DNA of 64,000 nucleotides from the human T2T-CHM13v2.0 reference genome, Homo sapiens, in the NCBI RefSeq assembly GCF_009914755.1, contig NC_060945.1; one strand, given 5' to 3'. Every line of letters begins with the position of its first letter. Positions within the stretch are counted from its first letter, which is position 1. The notes below the pieces were generated by a model. It saw only the letters and a list, made by a program, of their open reading frames with translations, had not been told where the DNA came from and ran no database searches. Positions 15,148-30,808 of the stretch are shown here, piece by piece. A program made the position numbers and the translations under genes.

Positions 15148-15311
15148 TTTTATTTTTTTATTTTTTATTTTTTATTTTTTATTTTTCAGACGGAGTCTCA
15201 CACAGTTGCCAGGCTGGAATGAAATGGCATGATCTCGGCTCACTGCAACCTCCGCCTCCCAGGTTGCTCCCAAAGTGCTGGGATTACAGGTGTGAGACAC
15301 CACACCCAGCC
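15148..15311 (-). mobile_element. Internally deleted AluS
   Basis: Right-arm ...CCTCCCAGGTT is joined at 15266 to left-arm CTCCCAAAGTGCTGGG. Confidence 0.9.
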
Positions 15312-15932
15312 TTTTTTTTTTTTTTTTTTTTTGCAGGTTTCTTTACAATCTGGTTTAATAGTTTGGTTTAACAGAAGACAGTTAAATACTAATAACTGCT
15401 TTTGCATTCAGTCTGTTGTAATATATTGTTTTGGTAGAAGTGTATGCTGAACATTGAGCATCACACAGAGAAGTATTAGAAAAGGCAAAAGTATTTTAAA
15501 TGTCTTTTCAGGTAATTGTGCATATTTTTCTTCAACATTACACCAAACTCTACAATATACAATGTGAATTTTTTTCCCTCTGGCACATTAAAATCCTCTG
15601 GTTTGTGTTGTACTTTGAATAGGTTTATATCCATTCATGATTTTGTGCCATAAGGAATTAATTATTTGGAAAATATTGCTTTATTAAACTATGCTGATCT
15701 GACAAATGTTGGAATATTTCATTATAAACATCTTTTAAAATCATCTTTTTAATGACCTCACCAATTTTGTCAAAATTATCTTTAAGTATTTGGAAGCTGT
15801 AAACCTCCTGGTAGCAGATACAAGTTTCATAAAATTCTATTTTTTTAAATATGAGTTTTATTATTGTCAACATATTTGGCTAGTTTTCTTTGAAGTGACA
15901 GTAAGTATTCAATTTTTAAAAGTCTCCGAATT

Positions 15933-15998
15933 GATCGTGCCACTGCACCCCAGCCTGGACGACAGAGCGAGACTCTGTCTCAAAAAATAAAAAAAAAA
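15933..15998 (+). mobile_element. Severely 5'-truncated Alu (last ~50 bp plus tail)
   Basis: GATCGTGCCACTGCACCCCAGCCTGG...CTCAAAAA; TSD core TCCGAATT at 15925 and 16002. Confidence 0.9.
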
Positions 15999-16103
15999 TT
16001 ATCCGAATTTAGTTTTTGACTCCTTTTCTTCTGTATCCATTCGCACTCTTGAAAAGACATTACTCTTACAGTTTTAAAAATCATCTATATGCTTATAACT
16101 TTA

Positions 16104-16620
<517 letters not shown>

Positions 16621-19129
16621 TAGCAGGACTTTCTGTTTTGTCACAAAATATTAAAAAGACATACACTCAAGTGTAGAGATTTAATGGTATGGATAATTTT
16701 ATTTTTTACTGTTTTATTCAGATGATCTTAAGCTCTTGTCTTATTTTAACTTTGGTGGTGAAGAATAAAACATCAATGAGTACATCTTGATACCACTGTC
16801 TATTTGACTGTAGCATGAGCTGCTTTATTCACCATTGTTTTTGCATGATCATGTCAAATGCCAACACATTAAAAAGGGCACAAAACCATTTAGTATTATT
16901 GTGAATTAATTCTTACTTTGCAAACTCCCTGAAAGAATCTTGTCGACCACTGGGGTCCATGGAACATACTTTAAGAACCACCGACTTAACTATTTTCTCT
17001 CCCTAGAATACACATCATGACAGTTTTTTGAGGGGAACTGTCATGGAAATTAATCTGTGGAACTGAGGTCATATCACATCGGGTTAGTTAATAAAAGCTT
17101 AGCCCACTTGAGGACACAAGAACTGCCATTATGGTTTAAGTAAACTCATATTGCAAGTGATCATTTAATAAAACAATATTAGTGAGTGTATTCAGTTTTG
17201 GAAAAGAAATAGATGCGTAACGCATGAAGTAGCCACTTTCAAGAGTGCAATCTAAATTCCCCTCAACAATACTTGCTCTTTCATTATTTTTAAGACAAAT
17301 TGCAACATTCAGTTTACTGAAACTTCATCATTTTGTTCATAATTTAATTCAGGAAACATTTATAAGCAGTAAGTAGTTTCACCAGACACTTTGCTAGGAC
17401 CTCAGGACACAGAGTTTATGCACTGTTCATTTTTATCAACGTTATAAAGCTGGTCTTGGGTTGCTCTATGTGATGACACTCCCATTGCAGTGAATCTGTC
17501 ATCTTCTGCCAAAATCAGTTTTTGCTGAAAGACTCACTGTATAGTATAGTAGCCAAGTAGAAGATTTATACATATATTTCATTTATCAAAAAGTAGTGAA
17601 TATATTCAATATATGTAGACACAGTCTAGGAGAAAAAAAGTCTGTAGTGTATATGTCTTCCTTTTTTATTTTATTTCCAAGTAAGTAGTATATTCATAAA
17701 AATGCCAATTTGACATTCCAAATTTGACATTTACTACAGACTTCACATAGCTTTTCTCTTTTCTGCATGATTCCAGTATATATCAGATCTATCAGAATGA
17801 ACATTTCTAAACTCAGAGCACAGCATCATCAGTATTTTCCCAGTTCTCAGGTGCACAGCTGGATAAATCACTCATTTTTCTGTTTCAAAAATCACTTCTT
17901 TTAACCTGGTTGTTTCAATGTATCAACATCAGTCATCCTTAATCCCCCAAAGATAACATTAGGAAGAATGAAATAAAAAGGAGACTGTAATCCCTCTCTT
18001 TCATATCTCTATTTTGAGAATAGGGAAATCACTCGATACCACAAGTTCTATTTGGAATGTCACAAAGTAGATGTAGCACAAAAATATATGCTTCTGATCT
18101 GTAAACAGTACCAGCTAAATCCATATTCCCATTAATCTCCTGCCACAGCACTGCATGTTCTCTTCATCATGCAGCCAGGTTATTCTAAGTCTCTTAGCAT
18201 AGCTTCCAAGAATGTACATCTGTCATTTGGAGCTGAGCAACATGTAGATTCACCATCATTCTGGGCAGTTGGATCTTGGTAACATTACTGCATTTCTTGA
18301 GTTGGATGCCAATAAATTATCTTTAAATGACTTTCAATTATCTGATTAGGTTTAGTTCCCTTAAAGGTATGCCTTTCTGCTATGAGTGAGTACTGCCCTT
18401 AAGCTTTAAGTGACCAGCCTGAGTACATGCATTTGGTACGGATAATGCACTTGATCTTTAGAGTTGGCTTTGTGGCTTTTGGCAATATTTCACTATTATG
18501 CCTAAGTGTAAGCAGAATAACATTAGATAGATTTATTCATTTTTGAAATTGCTATATTCTTTGGTAGGTAAAGAAATAATCCTCTTCCATATTCATTCAT
18601 TCATTCATATACATAACCTGATTGTGTTCCAAGTAAGAAAATTTCACTTAATGCTATCATTTCAGTCTAATTATATCAGTCTGAATTCTGTATATACAGA
18701 TGTCTACTGTATCAGTTCATTTCACTGGCCAAGTATCTTTGAAAGATAAATGTTTCATTATCACATCCAAATTAGGAAAATTATTCCTTTACATACTTGA
18801 ATTCATACATGCAGTATAAAATATTTATCAATCATTGTTCTATATCAGAAACTGTGCTTCTTATCTACTAGGTATTCAAAGATGAATCAAATGACTTTCC
18901 AGTCATCCAGCAAGTTGCAGTTTATTGGACAAGATAGATATATAAACCAATACACCTAAGGAATATGCTATAAAATAGAAGAATGAATTAAGAGTACTGT
19001 GAAATACTAAAGGAAAGTACTCCTTCTACTTAGAAGACATGAAGTCTTTCCCAGGGGAGGTGCCACAAGCTCCTAATCTCATTATTTATTTATTCATTCA
19101 TTTGTATTGAATAAATAGCTTCAGTTTCC

Positions 19130-19448
19130 TCTTTAATTATATTTCATATATAATAGTACAATTATATTTTATATATAATTGTACAATTATATATTATATA
19201 TAATTGTACAATTATATATAATTGTAAAATATAATTTTACAATTATATATAATTGTACAATTATATATATAATTTTACAATTATATATAATTTCACAATT
19301 ATATATATAATTTTACAATTATATATAATTTCACAATTATATATATAATTTTACAATTATATTTTATATATAATTTTACAATTATATTTTATATATAATT
19401 TTATAATTATGTTTTATATATAATTTTATGTCTTCTTTAATTATATTT
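19130..19448. repeat. AT-rich minisatellite of palindromic ~18-26-bp units
   Basis: Repeats of TATAATTGTACAATTATA / TATAATTTTACAATTATA. Confidence 0.9.
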
Positions 19449-19781
19449 ATGGGGATGCCCCATATTCAAAGCTGAAGGTTGAGGTTTATTTATCCTCAGG
19501 TGAGAGGCCAAAAGTCAGACTTAAAAATTATCTGTCATTCTTCAGTTTTGAATTTCAAAGAATACAACTGACCATGTTAGCAAGATTGCAGTAATAAAAA
19601 TCAAGACTAGTGGAAGAAGGGGTGTTACTTAAGGTGATAATGCAAGCTCAAGATCTAAGTAATGACGTCACTACATATCCAGACTAGAAAGAGAAAGAAG
19701 AACAATGATAGAAAGAAGGTGAAACAGCATGAGACCCCTCCACTCAGCACACCTGGAGTCGAGTTTCAAGAGGGGAGTCAT

Positions 19782-20102
<321 letters not shown>

Positions 20103-21083
20103 TCAGTTAGGTATGTGTGAAGGGTTGGGTACAAGATATTAGAGATGGAATAGCCGGAGTCATTCCTCATGGAGATTAAAAGAAAATGCTGCCAGACGCT
20201 TACATGCCAATAAGGCACAATATAATGGTAGAGCAGAAGTTGTTGGAGGCAGATAGATAGATGAACCTCAGAAGTACCCTGGATTCCTTAGGATTTTCAG
20301 AAAACCTAACGGAATCTGAATATCTAACTGAAGGGATGCAGGTTTCCAGGAAGTCTGGTAGATTCTCAAAGACTGGGGTCGTGACAAAGAGAACATCATC
20401 AGCAGGGTGTTTGCAACCAAGAATAAATAGCTGAGACCACAGGCTCCTGCCATGGGTGCAAGCATATCAGCTCCTAAGGCTATTTAGGACAAACCCTGGG
20501 TCAGCCCACATAGGAAAAGCATCAGATTAACCACCCCCCTGAGACCAATGAGAATGAGAGGTCCCTTTATGGACTAGAAGACCACTTTTTCCCAAATGCC
20601 AATCAGGACTCAAATTCTTTACACGCATAGCCACCGTTATGGGGAGGAGATGATAAAATGTGATGTGCATGGCATAAAGACAATTAGTTATTTGAAGATG
20701 GTATTAAAGCCAGCCCTGGTAGGGCACTAAGCAGACTGAGGAATTATACTTAAAAATGAATGAGGAATTCTTAAAATGCAGGCTTAAATCTGGCTATTAA
20801 CCACTGGAATGACAACTCTTAAGAAAGATCAAATTAGTCATAAAGAATAAAGAAGCTGCACTTTATTTTATTGATCTGAAGGTAGAAATGAATCTGTGAT
20901 ATCACTTTGCTTTTATTGAACACACAGTTTGAGCAGCTGGAGATACAATCAATGGGCAAGATATTTCTTGTGGATCGCAGATTGAAGTGGGAAATGTAGA
21001 CAAAACAAATACAATAAGGAAATAAGCCTGAGACTTCAGGGTATCTTATGTGAGCATATATGAGGCATCTAATCAAATTTTAT

Positions 21084-21376
21084 TATTTTATTTTTTGAGA
21101 CGGCCTCTCACTCTGGCCCCCAGGCTGGAGTGCAGTGGCACAATCTTGGCTCACTGCAGCCTACTCCTCCTGGGTTCAAGTGATTCTCCTGCCTCAGCCT
21201 CCTGAGTAGCTGGGGTGATAGGTGCCCATCATCACGCCCAGCTAATTTTTGCACTTTTAGTAGAGACAGGGTTTCACCATGTTTGCCAGGCTGGTACCGA
21301 ACTCCTGACCTCATGATCCGCCTTCCTTGGCCTCCCAAACTGCTAGGAATAGAGGCATGAGCCACTGCGCCCAGCC
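21084..21376 (-). mobile_element. Alu (AluSg-like)
   Basis: Full dimer; TSD CTAATCAAAT at 21069 and 21377. Confidence 0.95.
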
Positions 21377-21689
21377 CTAATCAAATATTATGAGTAGGAG
21401 GTGGCCAGGAGATACTTTTAGAAAGTTATTTCTGAGAGGAGACATGCAGGAGACATGAGAGTAGACGTGGAGACCTGGCGCCATCAGACTGGTCTCAGAA
21501 CTGTGAGTACGTAGACTGCTCTGTCTCGTGTGTAGTCACTTCATTAACCCCATCTAGAAACTCACTAGAATGCATCAGTTCTTGAGCCAGCTCTCAAGAT
21601 TATCCAGTTTTCCTCATTTATCTAAACAGTGTCAACATGAAAGCAAATCAGACATATTGATTGAACTGTCTAATTTATTATTCTATCAC

Positions 21690-22200
21690 AGAGAAAGATG
21701 TCAACCAGCTGGAGGTCTTGCCTGTGAGGACACAGCGTTCTCTCCTTGGACCTGCCCAGTTCAACATGTTCATCAATAATCACAATGAAGATACAAAGGG
21801 CGTGATACTCGACTCATGACAAGCACAAGGTGGAGGGATAGTGAATACAATAAAAGACAGACACAAGATCCAAGGACTTGTAACAACCTGGAGCCATTTC
21901 ACAGCCAGAAATAATTCCTCAACTTTGATTCTAAAACACACAACTATACAAGTCAAAATATCACAAGATAAATCTTAGCAGGATCATATGAAGGATAAGA
22001 ATAATAACAAAAATATGTTAAGGATGTATTCAATAGTATATGCAATGAAAGCCGACAGTGTGACTCCTGTCAGATTCATTTCATGTAAACTTGTGACTAT
22101 AAGTGTGATATCAGCAAGGAAGAAACCAAGCCCTTTTATCCATTCTGTTTCTTATGTTACATTTGGATGTTATGCACTTCTGGGCTCTAAAGTTACAGAA
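21690..22200 (+). mobile_element. L3/CR1 LINE fossil (reverse-transcriptase region)
   Basis: Frame from 21733 reads QRSLLGPAQFNMFINN...GGIVNTIKDRHKIQ, versus CR1 RT QGSVLGPVLFNIFINDL...GG.ANT..DR..IQ. Confidence 0.75.
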
Positions 22201-25200
22201 ATTGTAATATCTATTCTGTTAATAAATGTTTCATAGGTGCTTTCTATGTATAAGTAATTGTGTCATTAATTTGGGATAAACAGTTTCTTGGTCTTCAGGA
22301 GACGGAGTTAATAGTCTTTATCAGTATGTATCCAGGGGAAGTTAACTATACTGGACAGGTAGAGGAAGAAGAGTTCAGTACAGTTCAAATGCCTGTGAAA
22401 TACCCGAGTTAAGATGGGAGTTAGTGGCAATTTGGAAATAAGTTTGCAGGTGAAGTTAAATAACCAAAGATCACTATAGTGCTGAAGGGCTTAAACACTG
22501 AACTAGTATAATATTATTTTAAAAAATTATTCTGTTTATAGCTGTAATATTTTTCTTTCATTTATGTACAAAGTTATTTTAATAGAACCATGTTATTTGA
22601 CAATGGAAAATCGATTCATAATATCAGTAAACATACTTTTAAGATTTGCTCTCAGTTTCCCATCAGTTAGTGGGTTATGATTTTAATGCTGTGCAGTGGG
22701 GGAACAAAGCAAATCTATTAACGAAGACAATTTGTGAATTACAAGAAGTATAAAAACCTGACAAATTTCTCCGTTTCAGTCTACTTCCATCAATCACCAT
22801 TAAGTCAGGAAAATATACTCAAAGACTTTTACATCCTGGGTGAAATTTCCCCAGTACCACTTAGTAAAGCAAAACTTCACAATTTAAAAGATGCTATATT
22901 GTTTTCCTCTAATATAGGAGCTTCTTTTGAACATTTGTGATATTATTATTGTAACATTATTTTAACAAATACGCATTCAGCATTGTTAAATGCTAGTAAC
23001 TTTGTGAGTTACTGTGGATACAAAAAAAAATCAATCTGCCCTTGAAGAGATCACATCTTGGTGTCAAAAAAACCCTTATGATCTCAAATGATTGCAATAT
23101 AACATAATAAACTTTATCGATTTATTTACATTCCTAACACTGTATCTCAAATGTGGTAAGCAATAAATAATTGATTGTTTAATTGGACTGAATATAAAGT
23201 CCCTTTGATTGGAATTCAAAGTGTGTGCTATGGATCCTGGATTGAAAACCTGCTGTAGACATGCTCTTGGTGTCTTTCCAGAGGCTTTCTCTTCTCATAT
23301 TTATCTGTGAACCTCTCCCTTCTTTGTGACGCCTCCCCAAATCTTTTATGCAGAATGAGTAATTGATCATTTCTTGTATAGTTATGCGCTTTAGAATCGA
23401 TTGCTACTATCAACTAAACATGTTCTAGGCACTTCACATGTATGACACATTTAATCTCTACAGGAATGGATTGAAAATGGAGACTTTCTTCAGCTGATGG
23501 ACCATGGAGTCTATTGATGGAAGGAAGGCATTTAAAAAGATAAGTCAAATAAAAAATCTTTGAAGCAGAAGAAATATAGCATAGTGATCCCTGATTAACC
23601 TCCCTCAGATCTTTCCATGCCCTTCTTCAGGAGTCATGTGGCCAGAGAAACACAAGCTCAGAGGGACCTTAAAATTCGGGAGGGTGTTGTCTATTCCCCA
23701 TAGTCCTTTACTAAACCTGCAGGGAATTTCATCAACTATGTATTTATTATTTCAGCAAATATCTGTAAGTTTCTCTGATGTGCTAATACTTACCAAGGTA
23801 TGGATTCAACAAGGAAGAGTTAAATGGCGTTTGCCTTTAAATATTTCACAGACTGCTATTCAGGCAACTAAATAATTATTCTTTAAATTCCATACCACAG
23901 GGATGTTCAGGAGGATAGGAGATAAAACATTTTAGAAGGAAACCTAACTCATTCTGAAAGACAATTGAAGACTATTTCCTAGAGGATCTGACAAGATCTG
24001 AATATTGAAACATAGATGGTATCTACAAAGAACTAGCGAAGGAAGTCACTAAACAAACAAACACAAAAACAGAATTTGCAGTCACAGATGGATATGAGGT
24101 GGCTGAATACTCAGTCTCAGAGTAATGTCTCTGGATTAACACAATTCACCTCAAATCAAATCATGACTGAATGTAGACAATAAAATATGACTGATGGTAC
24201 ATGTGAAATGCAAATGGCAGAGTTGTAAGAACAGGAAGGATGCAGATATTGGAGACTAGGCAGAGACTGAAGTTGTCACTTCTACCATCATTGGTGGATT
24301 TTTTGCTTTTTTAAATATTTTTACATAATTTTAATACTCCAGAGCAGATTTTCAAAATGGTAGGGATTAGTGAAAGAAGGGTGATCTACATGCTTTATAT
24401 AAAACTGCTAAAAATTTCCATAATGCAAAATAATTGAACATAATGAAGGAATTTACTCCCCCATAAAAGAGCAGTATTGCACTTAACCAATTTCCCATTT
24501 TTCAACTACCAGGGTTGTTTCTGCCTTTTCCCATTTATTTATGTAAAAAGAAATGCAAAGTCTGCAGAAGAAGAGTAAGAAAACCTTGTTAAACTTTTTC
24601 AATAATCCCTGTTACAATGTTCAAAGCAATTACTTTTGCTGTCAACAGGAATAAAATGTACTACCATCAGAGAGTGCAAAGAGTCAAATGTATTACTAAA
24701 AATTACAACATAAGCTGCATGCAAATAACCCCACTAGCTCTAAGGGCTTGTCATCCCGTATTTGTAGAGCTGAGGCTTCAGTCATGTGTTATTAAGGCTT
24801 TTTTAAAAAAAAAAATTCCTAGACACTGCCCATCAATTTCAGTGAAAGCCAAAAATGTACAAATGCTTGCTCTCTTGAGGAGCACTATTATTAGTGTGCT
24901 TTTAAAAAATAAGTACTTCTTTATAAACAAACCATATAATATGAACATTATGCAATGAAAAGTAATGAAAGCTACATAAACAATATTTTTTCAGATAAAT
25001 ATTTGAACTTTGCTCACACAGGCAGACTTTTGCATAATGATAATTATCTATTGTACTCGAAGGACATATAAGCCTTTCCGTATACATTGTATACATTTCA
25101 CTTCTCTATGAGAGTATTATATAATGCTGAAAACATAGGCTTGCCTTCCTGACATTACCATTTTCTCAACTGTAACCACTTCATCCCCCAAACCCCAAAA

Positions 25201-26692
25201 TCTTACCAAAGTCAGAGCTCAGCCAGTCTTTAAGGTCAATACTGGTAAAAAAAAAAAAATAATAACACGTGCACATAGCATAAGAAGCAAAGTAATTATT
25301 CGATAGTTATTAAACAAAATACAGCAATCCTTTATTTTGTCTTTCTCCTCCTATCAGTTTCATCTATATTTATGTTTGCATTTTGTATTTCATATATCTT
25401 GCATTTGTCACATGATCAGGAAAACAAAATCCGTCTACAGCCCACATGTTCCACATGAATAGATTAATACAGGGAATTAGAGGCTTGCATAATCGTTAGC
25501 TTAGGGAATAATTCGGGAAGTGGCCCCAAATATCTTACCCTGCAACATAGAAGTGAGTGGTTTTTCAAGGGTTCTCCCTAAAGCCACTGGAATTCTCAAA
25601 CACCTCTGGAAAACTCCCATCAGACAGCCTCAGTCTACAGTACTAGGACAGAGGATTCTCTCATATTTCACTGGAAAGCTAGTAATCTTCAATTGTGTCC
25701 TGGTAATGAGGCCTGGTAAGGAGATTCTAGAAACTATAAATTTAGACCTTTCTGCAAAATGGATCTTAGAAATCATTTACAGGTACATATAAGTAAACTG
25801 CTTATGAATACATTTTTATTTTTTATAACTTTTTTCCAAAGTTAATAAGTGCTTCTTTTTTGCCCCAGAAGCTTAAGTTTCTATAGTGATCACATCTGGA
25901 GTTCTGAAACACTTTGCAATACTGTTTTGTACATATTCAATTGCATCAGATAACATCACTTCCACCCCTTATTCCTGGAAAGATATACCGGCGCCCTCTT
26001 TCTTCAAGCTGGAATAATGGCTCTCCCGGTCACTGTCAAGCTTTCCTGTTCTCTTCTCCCATCCTGGATTCCTGTTTCCTTTTAGGGCTTGACTTTTATC
26101 TTTCTTCTTTGCTCTCTCATTTTGACGAAGCAGATTCTCTAGTAGCTTCCTAAGCAAGCGTGCAGGAGAGGTTAGCTTTCTACTACTTCCCTATCTGAAA
26201 ATACTTTTAATCTCCATGATCTTTGATTAATATGTGGCTTCATATAGACTTCTAGGCTGGACATAATTTCCCTCAGCATTCAGAACACATTATTTAATTT
26301 CAGCGGTAAACATTCATCTTTAGAAGTCATAGAAATTTTTTTCTTGATTATTTTGTTTGATCTTTTAGTCATTATTGTTATTGTGTTTAATTTTTTTCCT
26401 CTATGTAAGAATTTGGGGTTTCCTCCCTATCGCTGGTGTTTTATAATTTCACAGAGGCACACGTTGTTGTCTGTGTATTTATCAATGTTTGGCAAAAAGT
26501 GGTGATGAGGGTAAACTGCTTTTCCTGACTACCTGCTCAACCATTGCAATCTGGAGACCGTGTCCTTTTTGTTCAAGGCAATGTTCTTGCTCAACTTGAT
26601 GATTTTCTCTACTTCAGGTTTATTTCCTTCTGGAACTCGCTATTTTCTAATGGTAATTTTGCGAATTAGTTACATTGTTTTAGCCTTTTCTT

Positions 26693-27015
26693 CCTTTTGT
26701 TTTCTTTTTCTTTTTTCTTTTTTTTTTTTTTTTGACAGAGTCTCCCTCTGTCGCCTAGGCTGGTGTGTGCAGTGGCGCGATCTCGACTCACTGCAAACTC
26801 CGCCTCCCGAGTTCAAGTTATTCTCCTGCCTCGGCCTCCCGAGTAGCTGAGATTTTAGGCACACACCACCACGTTCGACTAATTTTTGTATTTTTAGTAG
26901 AGATAGGGTTTTGCCATGTTGTCCAGGCTGGTCTCAAACTCCTGACTTCAAGTAATCCTCCCGCCTTGGCTTCCCAAAGTGCTGAAATTACAGGCGTGAG
27001 CTAGCGCTCCTGGCC
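26693..27015 (-). mobile_element. Alu (AluSx/Sz-like)
   Basis: Full dimer; TSD AGCCTTTTCTT at 26682 and 27016. Confidence 0.95.
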
Positions 27016-27076
27016 AGCCTTTTCTTTTTTAAACCTGCCTTTTCACATTTTATAAATATATTTTACAAATATTTTA

Positions 27077-27369
<293 letters not shown>

Positions 27370-27530
27370 AATATTTTATTGTTAACTAAAATAAAATTAT
27401 TAACTATTATGATACGGGTATATATTATATTTATACATATTTTATATATTATGTTAAATATAAATATTTACATATTATAATATTTATATGTGTATGTTAT
27501 AGTATATTTGTTCTTATTTCTGGTAGATTT

Positions 27531-28133
27531 TTATAGTGACAGGAGACAGATGAATTCCTAGCAGACAGGGACAGGTCCTGGTGAAACTTAACCTTCAGGC
27601 CAAGGAGAGTCTGAAGCCTGAAAACCGAGCTGCCAGTTCCAGATAGAGTCCAGGACCAGAGTGAGAACTTCCATTGCCATCCTACCCTCTCTCTGACAAC
27701 TGGTTCCTTCTGAATGATGCCATTTAACCAATCGAATGGTGCCTTTCCCAAGCCCACCCATGGACCGATTTGCATGTATTCCGTTATTCTAAGCCCTTAA
27801 AAATCCTGGACTTAGCCTCGCAGACGGCAACCTGCTTTCAGGACCTCTCTTGCTGCTGAGACCTTTCTGCCACTCAATACAATTCTACTCTGTCTTACTC
27901 ACTCTCCTGTGTACACGTACCTTATTCCTCTTGGTTGCAGAACAAGAACCTGGAACGTGCTGAATTGAGGAAGCAAAAGAACTGTAATGCTCCTGCTCGC
28001 CAAGCTGCAGGCGGCTGGAGTAAAAGAGCTGTAATAACACTCCTTCCTGCTTGCCAGTCTAAAGGAGTGAAAAGGCCGCTGGGTGCTACTCCCTCCTGCT
28101 CGCCAAACTACTGGACTAAAAAAAGCTACAACA
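27531..28133 (+). mobile_element. ERV1-class solo LTR (MER61-like)
   Basis: Starts TTATAGTGACAGGAGACAG, ends CTACAACA; 4-bp TSD ATTT; internal CTCCTGCTCGCCAA repeats. Confidence 0.8.
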
Positions 28134-28607
28134 ATTTCAGCAATAATATCAATTAATTTATTATATTTTAGTGTTAAAAGTATTATATTCTATTATATAT
28201 TTTTTAGATTATGCTGTTTTGTTTTTCATGTGTGCAATAGCAATCTGCTTTTAGTGGAGAATATTAATTTCTTTTATTGATTTGAATCTTTTTCTGTTCC
28301 CTGCATTATCTCTACTGTCTCCAGTTTTGTCACTGTATTTGTGTGCTGTTTGTGTTTCTATTTTATGTGTTAATTGGTTATTTCATATCTGGAGAACCCA
28401 GGCTGTATATTCATGGAGAATGAACTGATTGGAAACTTTCTGGACATTGATAGAAAATGTCAGTAGTGTATTTAGATGAATGGGAATCAGAATCAAATGT
28501 GTTTCACTCATGAACTCCCAAATGCTGGTATCGTGTATATATTGTTACTAAGACCAGTTTTTGTACTAAAAAATCCTCTAATTTCCTTCTAGAAGTGATG
28601 TAAGTGG

Positions 28608-28981
<374 letters not shown>

Positions 28982-29609
28982 CTAAGGGCTTTCTCTCCAG
29001 TGGAAAGGCTTTTAGTTGAATGTTTTAGTTTTTCAGTTCTCAGTCACATCTTCTGTTTTTATGGTATCTGAGCTCACCACTGGAATCACTGCTTCAGTTT
29101 CCGCTGAACAGTGGCCTTTGGTCTGAAGGTAGAGGAAAGCATACAAGAAGGAACAGTGGTTTTGCTGCATGGGATGGAGGAGGTCTAACTGCTTTGAATA
29201 GACTTTTACTATCTTTCTCCTTTAAGCTCCACAATTCAGTGCTCTCATATCCAACTTCTGTGTATTGTATTATCCCAGTCTTGAGCCTGTGCATTCTCTT
29301 GCAGCAAATTAAATTGTTCCTCCTGTTTCCCTTGGAGCCCCACCTTTTCTGCCAGTCTGTGTGTTGCATAATCCCTCCTGTGCTGGTTACTAGTTACATA
29401 ACTCATGTGACTCAACTCGCAGCCAATTAGCATAAACCTAGGTCTTATGTTCAAATTGATAGTCAAATTCAAGGGACACATAAGCTTTATTTGGTATGAC
29501 ATTTGTTCAGCTTTAAGGAAAATATAATAGAAGCGATAGAACATAATGGAGACTTCATGACACCTAGGTGGAACTGCTAATTTCCAAAATTACTCTGAAC
29601 TTTGATGTA

Positions 29610-30053
<444 letters not shown>

Positions 30054-30357
30054 TGTGTGGTTACAAGAGTTGAGCGTGCTTGGAATAGACTAACTCAATT
30101 TAGGAAAACTATAAATTCTCGGGTCTCTTCAGCTTGTATTCCATATTTTCATGGTGTATCCATGTATCCCCTTCAGGCTTGTGTGAATTGTTATGATTTT
30201 CTGGTGCAACTACACTCATAAGTTATTCATCAATTACAGGTTACTCAGTTAAAAAAGTCAGCCAAATACAGATGCTTTGTTTCAAACATAACAACTGCAG
30301 CAGAACTCTCATTTATTTTGGTTTGCTACCCCTAAAATTCCTTAAATTAGAGTTTCT

Positions 30358-30654
<297 letters not shown>

Positions 30655-30808
30655 TAGAGTTTCTAACTTAGGCAACCAATCCTCCTCAGCCCTCTTTAAG
30701 GTAAGAAAAATAATATGGAGTGGCTAAAATGCTTTTATTGACATCCATCCATTTTCTTATCACAACAAAGTTTTTGACATATTTGCCTCCTTTTCTCTCT
30801 TGTCCTAG

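Noticed and set aside
19130-19448. Repeat array as a possible CRISPR-like structure
   Set aside because: No unique spacers and no cas genes; the DNA is primate.
19663-19670. Perfect CRE palindrome TGACGTCA
   Set aside because: A single 8-mer with no supporting context.
24617-24958. 113-aa ORF in unique sequence
   Set aside because: No recognisable domain or exon structure; ORFs of this length can arise by chance in 64 kb.
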